A stretch of 42,651 bases of DNA from NCBI RefSeq assembly GCF_001194135.2, contig NC_068981.1, forward strand, positions 48,543,414 through 48,586,064, written 5' to 3'. Positions 22,341-34,975 of the stretch are shown in pieces (positions within the stretch are counted from its first letter, which is position 1; each line of letters begins with the position of its first letter). Source of the stretch: Octopus bimaculoides (Eukaryota). Below the pieces are notes generated by a model. The model did not search any database. It was given only the letters and a program-made list of their open reading frames with translations, and was not told the DNA's origin. Made by a program: the position numbers and the translations under genes.

Positions 22341-24612
22341 GAGTTAATAATAAATGGATCATTGACTCGAAAAGCAACGAAACTGACACGTAAGGATCTA
22401 AATTGAAATGAGCATGGTGGACCCGGTGTTCAGCACAGCATGTCGCAGAGTCACAGACGAAAATCTATTATATAAGTATTCCTTGATTGACATGATAGCG
22501 AAAAATAATTGAATTAATTATTTCTCAGTATATTAAACTTTTGATTATTCAAATAGTTTGAAACTTTGTCATTATCAACAAAATATTATGACATGTATAC
22601 GATGATATAATTGTTGCAAACAGATATACATCAGTTGAAGAAGCAGTATTATAATTTCGTAGTTTCCTTCGTAGTTTTTTTTCGCCAGTAATGTCTTTGA
22701 ATGTATGGAAAACGCTTTCAACTTTCTTATATACTGTTCAGTTTATGCTAAATTTGATTTAAGCTGAAAGATATATAACTGAGAAAACATGGTCTTTGAT
22801 ATAGTGTTGAGCCCTTCATTCATATTCTTTAAATCTTTATGTTCTTTGTTTTATAAGATATATGACTATTACGTACATTTTTATGCATATATACTACTTC
22901 AATGAATTTAGTGTTCTAAAGAAAATATATACTTTGTGGGTGGAGTTATGTCGGCAGTGGATTAAACATAGGCGAATGTATTCATGCACTGTACAATATA
23001 TCAAAGATGAATGTTGAAATTCATCTCATGTTTGCAATGATTTAGGGAATCATTTACAACTCGGTATGACTGGCCATAAAAATGATGTATGAATATATAC
23101 GTGTATAAGAAATGAAAGAATTTTGTTTTGTATTGAGGTCTGCATAAGTAATAAATAACCTTCTTTGGTGAAGTGAATAAAAGAATCTTCGGTGGTTTAT
23201 ATACTTTTAAGCTTTTCCGACTATTAAAAGATTTTTTTCTCAGTTGAATAAATTCACATTCTCACTCCTTCAATGGTGGTAAGAATTTGCGCACTACCTG
23301 AGCTGCTCCAGTTCTAATGATATTGCAGCGTTAGGCGCTGCATTGAAATCTCTCTAATGACTGAGTGTATTCAGAAGTAGATGAAGATGCCTTGACCTCT
23401 AGGGGTTGGATTACTTGTCAATTCATAGACAATTCATATCTGGCAACTGGTTAGAAGAATAGGCAAAGTTGAAAGACTAAATCACGACAATCTCACATTA
23501 ACATATGTAAATATCTAGGAAGACTGCTATAATATGTGTATGTGTTCTGCTGTAAACTTGAGATGATAAATGCTTTATGTATGGAAATTAGTAAAGGGAA
23601 AGAATGAAAAATATTCGTGTACACCCTCCCCCGACACACACGCATAAATACACACATACACTCAAACACAACACAACACATACGCAATCACACGCACACA
23701 CACCGACACATACACACATATGTTTACATGCACAAATATAATGGTAAGTTTTCAGAGTTTGTTGCAAATACAGTTATTTCTGCCTTCTCACAGCCTGGTG
23801 GAAAAACAGCTCGGAGTACATTTATAGTACAATTCGATGTTACTTATATGCATTTATGACAATATGATCTGTATCTCTAATACAGGAAAAATGTGCAGTA
23901 GATATATTTCCTTTATCCGATTCTTAGCTATGTGAGTGAGGGACTACTTATGACTGACTCATAATAGTCTTAGCAAAACATTTCCGTTCAATATTTCCAG
24001 TGATAGTAAAAGAGGCATAAGCAAATGTAATCCAGTGATTTAAAAGTCATGACATTGGCAGGCGCTTCTTAACATATTTAAACAAGATTATAATTCACCT
24101 CTCAGTGTATTTTCCTGTAAAATATTTCATACTCGGAATGGTTAATCGTATCATATGTTTAAAAGGGAGATTCAAAACTATGTCTCTTAACAAACTTTAA
24201 TGCCTCGAAGACCTACGTAAATTTCAGGAATGGTATGTCCTATTTATGTCACATTTTAAGAAATACATCACATGAGAAATTAGATATAGGCCACCAGGGA
24301 GATCGTAAGCCTTTAATATCTGGTTTACATATTTTTGAAATTTGTTTAATTCAGCATTGGTTACCACCCCTGTCTTTTTCTTTTTGTGTTTTTCTTTATT
24401 ATAAACGTCCCATGTTCAAACCGTATCTGCTCAAAATGTGATAGACAAACGAACTTGTTCTTGGTTTAAAAATGGCAAAATATATTATTGTTTCGGCCAG
24501 GAAAGCCTGAGTAGGTATAGTTCACAAGAAATGTGTTTTATGTTTTTATTATGATATTATCTTTAATCCCTTAGGTGATCGTGTGTTATTCTACTTGTTC
24601 ATAGCTAACCAC

Positions 24613-24656
<44 letters not shown>

Positions 24657-25618
24657 GTTGAGATATATATCTAATTATTGTTCTACTTACGATCTGACGA
24701 GTAGCTATATTTTTGAATAGAACTTATTTTAGATAATTTCAATTGATTTTAATCGATTTAAATTTCTTTTCTATTTGAAAATTGGTTATGAAACACGTGT
24801 AATCTTTTTATTATATTTATCTTATGATATTTACTTTACTTTATATTATACTCATTTATTGTGCTTTTAATTATTAATTTTTCTATATGTGATAGTGGAT
24901 TTTCATCGATGAGTTCTTGAAAATTGGTTATTTTCCCTAAAACTATATATTATTATATNNNNNNNNNNNNATATATATATATATATAAGGAGTAAATATT
25001 CAAATGTGGATGTTTATGTAGATATTATCATTATTGTTGTTATTATCAGCGGTAAATGTAAATAATTGATGATAATAATAACAACAAAAATATAGGTGGT
25101 TGCAGGCATTAAATAACATAAGATAGTGATGCATTTAAAATTTATGTTAATCAAAAAGGCCACACAAAGCACCTGCCTGCTACAAATATGAGTTAAGATC
25201 CCAGGTAAACCAACGATAACACTGAAAAATACAGCAGAAATCGACAGAATTCGGGCCAACGGGTAAAGAATTTAGACATACCATGACAGCTAACTACTCT
25301 ATGTTCTGGAATTTGGATACTCTTGTATAATGATTTTTCAAACTCGTCACGTTGAACTCTGCCGGCGTTCTGAATTGTTTTCCACTGATATCAGAACAGT
25401 TTCAGCTTAAATATATTAATATGGATTAAATATTCAAATGTGAACATTTGTATCAATATTATCATTATTGATATCTTCATCTGCAGTAAATATATAATAA
25501 TTGATTATAAAAAGAAGAATAATATAGGAGGCTGCAAGTATTAAAAAGCAAGCATTAAATTTTTCAGTGGTTTACCTGGGCTTTTAACTTCTATTTCTAG
25601 CAGGTATGTTCCAGGAAT

Positions 25619-25660
<42 letters not shown>

Positions 25661-26014
25661 CACGTGAAGAAATCTCTGTTACAAACGAAAGCTCTATTTT
25701 TTACTGAGGAATAAGGTTTACCGAAACTTAAACGAATGTGTTGCATTAGAACAGACAATACTGCTGTTTTAAACATCAGGAGAACGTCTCCTACAGCTGA
25801 ATTTTCTGTGCATTTGGCAATCAATATATATCGCAAGCTGGGAGAGAACACAACCCCCACCATCATCACCACCATCACTATCCAGCTCGGAGACTCCCAG
25901 ATCACGTTATTTGGAAGTCATTTTTGGCATTCTCAGTGATACATACTCCTCTGCCAGACACAGCGGCAGTTTACTCTCTGTAACAGTTTCTTTTATACAT
26001 ATATATTGCAAGCT

Positions 26015-26081
26015 GATCCAGGAATCGAGACCACATTCTTCCCATCATGAGTCCAGCACTCTAACCAAGCCACACGCCTTC
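26015..26081 (-). mobile_element. tRNA-like SINE head fragment
   Basis: Reverse complement gaaggcgtgtggcttggttagagtgctggactcatgatgg...gtggtctcgattcctggatc resembles the head of the 20257-20648 SINE. Confidence 0.5.
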
Positions 26082-28074
26082 ATATAAGTACATAAATATA
26101 TAAATATATCTATAGATATGTATACATTCACACACACCTACACACACTCACGCACACTCACACACATACACACACGCACATATATATATATACATACGCG
26201 TATACCTTGAAAATACATACGACTGCATATATATAAATACACACACCCGCGCATAAATACATACATATACACAGGCACATATGTATCTCGCAGCACAAAT
26301 CGAAATAGAATGACAAATGAGGCAGAAATGTATAGAAAGTTCGGATCAACAGTTGATTAAAGTATCTATATAAACGAATTACATTCTGTATACTACTGTA
26401 CAAATAATGAAAAAGGATTCTTACACAACCTGTAATAATGCAGTGATATAATCTCCGCTTTTGAAAACACGAAAAAAATGCCTTGTGTAATCAACTTAAA
26501 ACTTTCCACGTAACAACTATTCTAAAATTATATAACACTCCGGAAAGTCTAATGTTACAGTATCAATTTCCTAAATTAGTTAAATTCATTAATCCTATCT
26601 TTAGTAATTAGTGAATAATTTGTTATATGGATTTAGATTCTTTTCAACTTGTTTTCGTTTTAGATTCAATATACACCTACGAAGTGTGGTTAATTTCAAT
26701 CGAAGATTTTGATAAAAATTCAGTGGCACGAAGGTTGAGATCAACACTGGTAGGAGGTGTTATTGGCAAATGGATATGGGAACAACTATGAGAGGTTGGT
26801 GGCACGAACACCGTTTGATATCCATACGAAAATAGAAGAAACATAGAAAGAAATATATGTGCGTATGTATGTAAGCGCGTGCGAGCGTTTATATGTTGCA
26901 TGCATTTGTCTATCTGTAGGACAACACGTGCTTATTAGCTAATGACCATGTAACAAATGTATAATTAGTACTGGCGTCGGGTGGTTTGATGTACATTGGC
27001 GGCTGCACAATACTCATAACAAACAATAGAATGATACGTTACACACATGCACACAGACATATGTATGCATGTGTGTGTGTGTGTGTGTGAGTGCATTTGT
27101 GTTTGTGCATTTCGTGTCTGTGTGTGGTAGTGATATGCATATATGAAATCATTGATAATTATTTATTATTTTGTATCATTACTATTGGTTTACGCGTTTC
27201 TATGTGTATGCTGATCATTCTAATACCTATGTGGGTGAGTTTGAAAATAATAACGTTGTTAATCTGAAAAGCATTCATGTGACAAGACTATAATGCATTT
27301 ATGACAAGTGTCTAGGTTCACATCTGCTGCCTATTCATTCATAGTTGCTATTATTTTATATCCACAAACAGCGAAATCTTCATGAATTAACCCTGCAAAA
27401 TAGCGGAATGTTACAGCCAATTTACTCCTGAAAGTATCCCTTTAATGTCCTAAACACATATGACATATATGAAACTCAAACTACACTAAAAATATTCATT
27501 AGTATCAGAGAACCATTAATATTCACATGTGAATTCATACGCAGAAAAAATGGAATCATTTTCAAAGCATGTTCAACAACCGCATTTGCATATAAATATA
27601 TTTTGTTATTAGCTTATATGATTAGTTAACAGACAGGCTGTTATTTTCTTATTATATACACAGTATATAGTATGCTAAGAGATAGCAGCCGTTCAATGTA
27701 CAGGGTCTAACAGATAAATTAACACCAATCTTAAGCTGACTTAGTAGGGTTAACATTTCGTGTTTTTGATAAAAAATAAAGCATTGCTTGCATTAAAACC
27801 TATTTTTTTCTTTATTTTTTCACGCAGTTAGCTAACTGATTCGGCAACAGAAAGTCATGGAAAGAACGAGTCGTTCCGCCTTTATGGTTTTGGCCCGCTG
27901 GGTACACTGCAATTAAAGTTGTGAAGTTCACTAAACTTCTAAGAGCAACAGTTTTGGTGGGTACGAACAATTTATAGAAGAGGGTAAGATTGATAGAAAA
28001 GAACACATGCTTTGAAGTGATTCTAAGCTCAATCCAAAATTCCTTACTGAAGAAGAAGGAGGGGGAGGGGAGGG

Positions 28075-28174
28075 GGAGGAGGAGAAGAAGAAGAAGAAGA
28101 AGAAGAAGAAGAAGAAGAAGAAGAAGAAGAAGAAGAAGAAGAAGAAGAAGGAGGAGGAGGAAGAGGAGGAGGAG
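28075..28174. repeat. (GAA)n/(GGA)n purine microsatellite
   Basis: Visible repeat; source of the poly-R ORF. Confidence 0.96.
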
Positions 28175-28180
28175 ATGGCA

Positions 28181-28555
28181 GCATTCAGAAGAGGTTTATA
28201 TTTTGCAATAACATATTATTCTTTGCTATTGCGCTGATTATAGTTTGCATTGTCCCATAATTTATAGAGGGGAAAAAATCTTAAGTTGGGTTGTACATTA
28301 GTGGCACAAATGTCGATGTATTCACTTAATGCTATTTTGTCTGTATTTCCACATTTTAATCTGGGATCTATGTACGGCCATTCCCTGGCGTAGACAGTTT
28401 TTAGTTTGACCAATGTATTTTTCTCGAGTCTCTGACAAGTAAATAAATATATCATATTTTCCAAAGCACCTGTGAAGTAGTTTTTCACTATGAAACGTTG
28501 CACCTGTTTGAAGGAGAACTCGGATCCACCAATTAATTTCACGCATATACCACCG
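28181..28555 (-). mobile_element. Penelope-like element GIY-YIG endonuclease fragment (frameshifted)
   Basis: Joining the two track frames gives GICVKLIGGSEFSFK..RFIVKNYFTGALENMIYLFTC / REKYIGQTKNCLRQGMAVHRSQI / ...DICA...FFPLYKL...QRNSKE*YVIAKYKPLLN. This matches the N.IY..C...YIGQT...R..H...R..KE..I..P.LN pattern of PLE endonucleases. Confidence 0.85.
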
Positions 28556-30645
28556 GTGGAATGGGATAAAGGAACCCGTAGAAGAGTTGAAGAAAGCGGT
28601 CTTTTAACGCAAATAATCACAAAATGCGAAATTTTACTACCATAAAAAGCACAGTTTATCCTATGCAAGATGACTCAGTGAAACAAGTACGTAACACAAG
28701 CGCGAAATCATCAACGGAAAGTTTAATAATTACAAAATATAAATGGAACAAAACTGTAAGTACATAAATTGAGTTATTACGCATAAACTTGAATATTTAC
28801 ACAATTATATATACATTTCAATATTCATAGGACCACAGATACCTCCCAATGTTTACACACCTACATAGAATTTACAGGGCACACATACCCGCATATGAAA
28901 ATACGTTCACAAACGATGAAAAACAAAACAAAAGAACAAAACAATTTTATATTCTTCGAAATAACACAGACAGAGTGAAGGATTCATAAGTATAAAAACA
29001 TCGCAAAAAATATGCCCAGAGATATATGTATCGACAAAAAAATTACAGACAAATATAGATCCGTTAGCTTTAAGAAGCAATGTTACGAGCAATGTTTACA
29101 TGCAGAGAACTCGGAGGCGGTGTTGTCTCAAAAACGTAACCCTTACAGAAAGATATGCCCTCTAATATCAACGTCCGAGCTCGGCATGCCTTAATGATAA
29201 CAAAGCAAATCGGTTCGGTCGTCTGCCGGAACACCAAGTATCGCGTAATCACGCGTTCAACTAGATTCGGTACGAAAAATCAGCTACTGGTTCAAATCTT
29301 CCCGAAATACAAGAGGTAGAAGTACCCCACAAGCAGAATATTCCAGCAGATGGACAAAAGGAAAATAATGAAAAATGGTCTCGGGGGATATTAAAGAAGA
29401 TCTTACGACCTTGTACCATGCCATGTATTTCGCCACAAATAAATCTAATACAGTACAAACCTACTTAAATTGGAGGCAGAAACACCTTGATGTAAGACGG
29501 TAGCAAACTTGCAAACGTCAGAAGAAATATTATGAGAAAGAAACGATTGACCTATCTGAAGAAACGATTGACCTATCTGAAGAAACGATTGACCTATCTG
29601 AAGAAACGATTGACCTATCTGAAGAAACGATTGACCAATGAAGCAATCAGTAAGGGAAAATGGGACCGGAGTTGCAGCTAAAAAAGATACTAGAGAGGAA
29701 ATAATTATAGACCAGCCCAGGTCTGATGAAAATGCAATGATGATTGAAAGAAGTAATATAACTGATAAGCAAAATAAAATACTCTCTTAACAAACCGTAA
29801 ACACTAAAGCAGATGAGAATCAAATAGACGAAGAAAGTCACACAAAAAATTGACACAGGAGAACTATATGATCTAAAAAACAATCAAATCATGTTTGAAT
29901 GGCTGAAAATTAAAGAAACCAGTATAACGAACGTGACAATCTCCAAAAAATCCGCTATTCTAAACAAAACCTGAAAATAATTGGTAAAATTACCCCTGGT
30001 ACTTAAGGATATGATTTTAGCTAATTATGTTGAGATTACAGCTGTCAGTCACCTGTACTATGCATCCGATAAAATCTCAACGATTCTATGTGGTGACAAG
30101 ATTTGAAAGCGTCAAAATTACCACAAAAAGCCTAATTGGCAAGAGCGTATTCAACACCAAATTCAGCTACTTAGGTCTGACGTAGAATGTTTAAAAAACC
30201 TTACGTTTGACAAGTCTGTCAAAAAAACAAAAACAAAATTCGCAAATTTAAAAGAGAATATATGAAAACCATATTTTCCATCGACACCATCGTAGAAAAC
30301 ATCAAGCAAAAGGTATGTGCTAAAGCTGGCCGCACAGTAAGGTATGAAAAGCGCGTTAGATTCCTCAAGGATAACATGTTCAAAAATAACCCAAATTTTT
30401 TTTTTATAGGAAGATAGGGAAAATACCAGTTACAGAAAAGTCTGTTCCATCAAAACAAGAAGTGCAGGAATTTTGGAACTATATTTGGGCAGAAGAAAAA
30501 ACACACGATGAAAAGGCCCCTACGATTGATAGAATATCTTCAAATTTAGACTCCTTAAAAGATCAAAAGTGGGAGGGTATCAAGGTAGAGGATATATGAT
30601 CTCCTTTCAGGAAGTGAAGCATATGGAAGTCTCCAGGAAAGCTAA
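28555..30645 (+). mobile_element. R4/Dong element, 5' UTR to just before RT; same subfamily as 1-2749
   Basis: Colinear with the reverse complement of ~2670-380 (e.g. gaagaaagcggtcttttaacg; ggtgttgtctcaaaaa; tggcaagagcgtattcaacaccaaatt; tggaagtctccaggaaag). Many stops. Confidence 0.92.
29539..29636 (+). repeat. 21-bp tandem repeat (agaaacgattgacctatctga), ~4.7 copies
   Basis: Period of 21 seen at 29541, 29562, 29583, 29604 and 29625; identical units with no spacers. Confidence 0.97.
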
Positions 30646-31009
30646 AATAGAAAAATATCTACAGTATAAAGCACTACATGGCATTTACGCTAAATGAATC
30701 TATCTATGTAAAATCGCATAGTAGTCGAGATTTAAAAAAAAATATCTATAAACATCTCGAAGTTTTAACAAACATAGAAAGTAATGGCAATGGCTTTCAC
30801 AATTTTAGAGAGAACTGTTAAAAGGCCATCCTGTGACTGTTAACAGCAGCATAGAGAATCAATTGGAAGGGAGTAGAGAGGGGGCGAAGGGGAGGGCAGG
30901 TAGGTAAGCTCACCAACATTCCAGCGTTGGAACGAATTTATGTATATAGATCTAAATATTTTGGGAAAGACTTGCATAGTTAAAATTTAGAAATTTATGA
31001 AATTTTTCA

Positions 31010-31615
31010 GAGAATTTGTTTACATGTAAAAAGAAATGAAGAATTATTACGCAAGAAGGGAAAACACAATGAATTCCATCTAGCTACAACAAAATTTGCT
31101 GGAAAAACTAAGTTGTATTGGCTGATGAAGGGAACACTGAAAAGGAGACGGAGCTCACTATACTGGCAGCGCAGGACCAAGCTCTGACCATAAATCTGAG
31201 GGTCAACCTGAGGAATAAGCAAATGTCACGGGTGAAACGCATCTACAATAGAGTGGATGAAATCATTGACCATATCGCAAACGAATGCCATAGACTTTCC
31301 CAGAACTACTACAATTTCTGGCAAAACGACCAGGTAGAGAATGTACTACACTAGAAACTCTGTAAAAAGTGGAAACTAGAGAGAGAGAAGATATGATTTG
31401 AGCACAAACCGCAGAGAGTGGCGGAGTCGGAGACTAGCAAAATCCTCTCGGATCTCCCAATCTAAACAGATAAGGCGCTAGAGCATAACAGACCTGAACT
31501 AGTGGTGGTGGAGAAGGTGCACCACATATGCTATATAGTTGACGTTGCATGCCCATTTGACATACAAATATTCAAAAGGAAGGCGAAAAGATATATATAT
31601 ATATANNNNNNNNNN

Positions 31616-31671
<56 letters not shown>

Positions 31672-31975
31672 CAACACTCTTAAGTACGAAATAGGATGAC
31701 TGAGGCAAATGAAGAAGGGGAAAATAGTGACAATTATTGTTGTGTCCTTGAGAACAGTCTAAGAAGGCACCAAGAGTAATCTGAAGGAAATTGGAATAGA
31801 GTGCCCAGTAGAACAATTAGAAATTTTTGCCTTCTTCGCAGGGCCAGAATGATCAGGGAAGTATTAGATAGCTGAAAAAATAATGAAAAGCATGAATGAA
31901 TAGCATGGTATCGTAGGCAGCAGATGATAAGCCCGTTACGCATGCAAGACTCAAGGAGCTCCAACAAAACATGTG

Positions 31976-31976
<1 letters not shown>
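31010..31976 (+). mobile_element. R4/Dong 3' fragment (zinc-knuckle region, RLE, 3' UTR)
   Basis: WLMKGTLKKETELTILAAQDQALTIN...EIIDHIANEC..L...NDQV; ...TDKALEHNRPELVVVEK..CYIVDVACPFD; the ending R.ARMIREVLDS*; then an (AAT)n tail. Confidence 0.88.

Positions 31977-32034
<58 letters not shown>
31977..32034. repeat. (AAT)n tail/microsatellite
   Basis: Visible repeat at the 3' end of the Dong fragment. Confidence 0.96.
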
Positions 32035-32036
<2 letters not shown>

Positions 32037-32116
32037 AATATCACCCCAATACACTAATAAGAAAAAAAATACACGAAGCACACACCACCCCCACCAGCAC
32101 AAATATGTAACAAATA

Positions 32117-32329
32117 ATCTGTTTTACTCTAGTCATAACGCCCGAAATCTTTGGGTAGGGAGCCAGTTGATTAGATCGACCTCGGTACGCAACTGGTACT
32201 TAATTTATCGACCCCAAGAGGATGAAAGGCAAAGTCGCCCACAGTGGAATTTGAACTCAGAGCGTAAAGGCAGATGAAATACCACTAAGCATTTCGCCCG
32301 ACGTTCTAAATTTTTGCTAGGTCACCGCA
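32117..32329 (-). mobile_element. tRNA-derived SINE, same family as 7115/7354
   Basis: The reverse complement contains tctgagttcaaattccactgtgggcgactttgcctttcatcctcttggggtcgataaattaagtaccagttgcgtacc. Confidence 0.88.
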
Positions 32330-32399
32330 AATAATGCAATAGACAGCTGCTTGAAACATACAGATGTTTAAAAATAATAGCGGTAATGACGATGATAAT

Positions 32400-34810
32400 G
32401 AATGTTACCTACCTCAGTTTATGAGAGAGAGGAGTTTCCGAGGAACTCTTCTTGTAACATGGAAAACGCAGGTGGACCTTTAAAGAAGGGGTTCTCGTTC
32501 GGTTGTGTTCACTATAAATGCACACTGACCACAGTTGATATCGTAATAAAGACTCAACAGATAATAAAGTAAGGAGGATGAAGTGGACCAGTGAAGAAAA
32601 CTGGAAAGTGTTACAGTGCTAGTTTGCAAGTGAACCTAAATACAGGGGCTATAGGAAACGGATGCAAACACTTTGGGTAGATAATGGTATGTTTAAAGTG
32701 AGTAACCTATTATTAGTTGAACAAGCTAATGATTTTAGGAAAAGAATGCATGACAGAATTGAAAGTAGAATGGATCACAAGAGAACTGGAAAAAGTATGA
32801 CCAGGTAGTGGGAAAGACAAACAAAGTAAGCGACACAGGTAGAACCAAAGAAGAATCTAAAAGAAAAAAAATAATAATAGCACTACCAATAAGGAATGTA
32901 CAAGTAGCACGAGCGAAGAAGTAGCACGTTTGAAGAAGTTCAGAAGATTTTAGATGGGTTGCAAGTGGCAATGAGCACAAGAGTAAGAGAAAGAATGCCA
33001 GCGTTAAAAAGCACGAATAAAAGGAAGATGCTACAAATGACTAGTAAACTAGATTCTGTTATCACTAGGATAGATTCTAAAAGTATAGGAGACAATATCT
33101 TATTAATATTTGCAGGACAGGTAGTAGTCTGTAGAAGATTAGATATTTCACAGCGACATATTTAAAAAAGAGCAAATGTGAAAAAGGAAATTACAAAATA
33201 ATGTGAACACTTTAAGACAAATTCTGTGTAGAAAGAACTCTGTTAAGAAAACAAGTCAGGAAACACAAGTTTCAAATCATCCTCCAGGAAATATACTTTG
33301 TCAAAGATATTATAACCAAATAAATAGTGGAGAACAAGCTGGGAAGATCTTTAGTATTATTTGGGATAAGCGATTCAGTCATATTAGAAATGCAGTATGC
33401 TAAAAGAAAGGGAAGGAAGAGGTAATTAGTGAGAAGCAGCCAGATCTAAGATTAACGAGTGCGTTAATGAGTAAAGCGTTAGGGAAACTGCCGAATTTGA
33501 AGGGCCCAGGACCAGATTTAATTCAAGGGTACGGGCTAAAGAAATTCAGTAGTTTACATGGGAGGCTCAGGCCAGAAATTCAGGATTGCCTTAATGGAGG
33601 GATAGAGGGAGGACAGTACTCATGATGAAAAATAAGAGCAAGGGTAATGCAGCTAACAACTATAGACCAATCACTTACCATTTGTGTGAAAGCTGTCAAA
33701 AGGAATGCCATTACAAAGCATTTACGAGCTCCTTCACAACCACAATTTATTACCAGACGAACAAAAAATTGCACAAAGAAGGCTAAAGGAACGGCTGATG
33801 TATTATACATAGACAAAACATAGACAATTTCGCCCAAAATTTCGCCCATAAATGAAGTAAAATATTGAAAGAAAGATCTAACAATAGCATGGAAACATTA
33901 TAGGAAAGCTTCTGTCATGATACCACTCACATGGATAAGTAAATGTTTGAATATGTTCAATATAGCAGACAGCATAAGAGAATTAATTAGCTTTAGCATG
34001 AAGAAATGGAAAGTCGATCTCTACTCAGGTGACACACTGTTACGAAAAATTAATATCAAAAGAGAAATTTTCCTGCGGGATTGGTTGTCTCTTTAATATT
34101 TGTCTTATATTTTGATACCCCGTTAGTTTAGTATTAATGTAGGAAAACGCAGGGTGACATTTGAAAAATAGAAAGGAAAAACAAATTAAACATTTCCTGT
34201 ACATAGATGTTCTGAAGCTTTTTTTAATACGAATGAGAAAGAGATAAATTCCTTAATACAGACTATATGACTCTTCAGCAAAGATATAGGCATGGAATAT
34301 CGCATAGGTAAGTGTGCAATATTAGTCATAAGAAAGGGGTCAGGTAGTCAAGAGCGAAGGCATCCAATTATCACATGGCCAAACAATAAATTCATTGAAA
34401 GGAGGAGAGAGTTATAATTATGTAGGAGTATTAGAATCTAACAGAGCACTAACTACAGAAATGAAAAAGGAAATTGAAAAGTAGTACATCACAAGATAAA
34501 TGGCCTGAATCTAATGAAGGCTCTAAATACCTGGGCAGTATCATTACTTAGATACTCAGCAGCTTTTGTAGATTGTACAAGAACTGATTTAGCAGACCTA
34601 AACAGAAGAACAAGGAGTGAATGCAATACGAAAAGATGGCAGAGGTAGCATGATTACACCTACCTTGTAAGGAAAGCGGAAGAAGGGTAATAACAGTACA
34701 AGACTGCTTGGAGCTAGCTGGATTGAAGATATTCTCGTATGTAGGTTATAGAAAGAAAGTTTATTAAAAGCTGCTAGAGTCAGAGGAAGACATAGGGAAA
34801 CGCGTTGCAT
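32400..34810 (+). mobile_element. decayed R4/Dong element (N-terminus through RT to post-RT); same subfamily as copy A
   Basis: RRMKWTSEENWKVLQC*FASEPKYRGYRKRMQTLW; KGPGPDLIQGY.LKKFSSLH; NNYRPIT; LTIAW..YRKA; INIKREIF; NHFLYIDVLKLF; LNTWAVSLLRYSA. The nucleotide match gttacct(t)acctcagtttatgag is shared with ~21490-21512. Confidence 0.9.
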
Positions 34811-34819
34811 GACTCTGAA

Positions 34820-34975
34820 TAAACTAATCAAAACAGACAAGAAAATGAGAAAAATAATGACATGATTTGGGATGCACCACCCAAACTCTGATATAGAAAG
34901 GTTATATATACAAAGTATCGAAGGTGAAAGAGGTCTTATAGAACTAGAAACTGTTACAAAGTAACCACCATAATG
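34820..34975 (+). mobile_element. short post-RT R4/Dong fragment from a different subfamily
   Basis: KTDKKMRKIMT*FGMHHPNSDIERLYIQSIEGERGLIELE repeats the RLY..R..GGRGL motif already present at ~34650. Confidence 0.72.

Noticed and set aside
24680-24725. Hammerhead-like ctgacgagtagctat...atag
   Set aside because: The GAAA core is missing and no helix III is identifiable.
26664-26790. Candidate exon after a good pyrimidine-rich acceptor (SIYTYEVWLISIEDFDKNSVARR...)
   Set aside because: No strong donor, the peptide is unrecognised, and such acceptors arise often in AT-rich DNA.
29539-29636. CRISPR-like array
   Set aside because: The repeats are contiguous with no spacers, there are no cas genes, and the context is eukaryotic.
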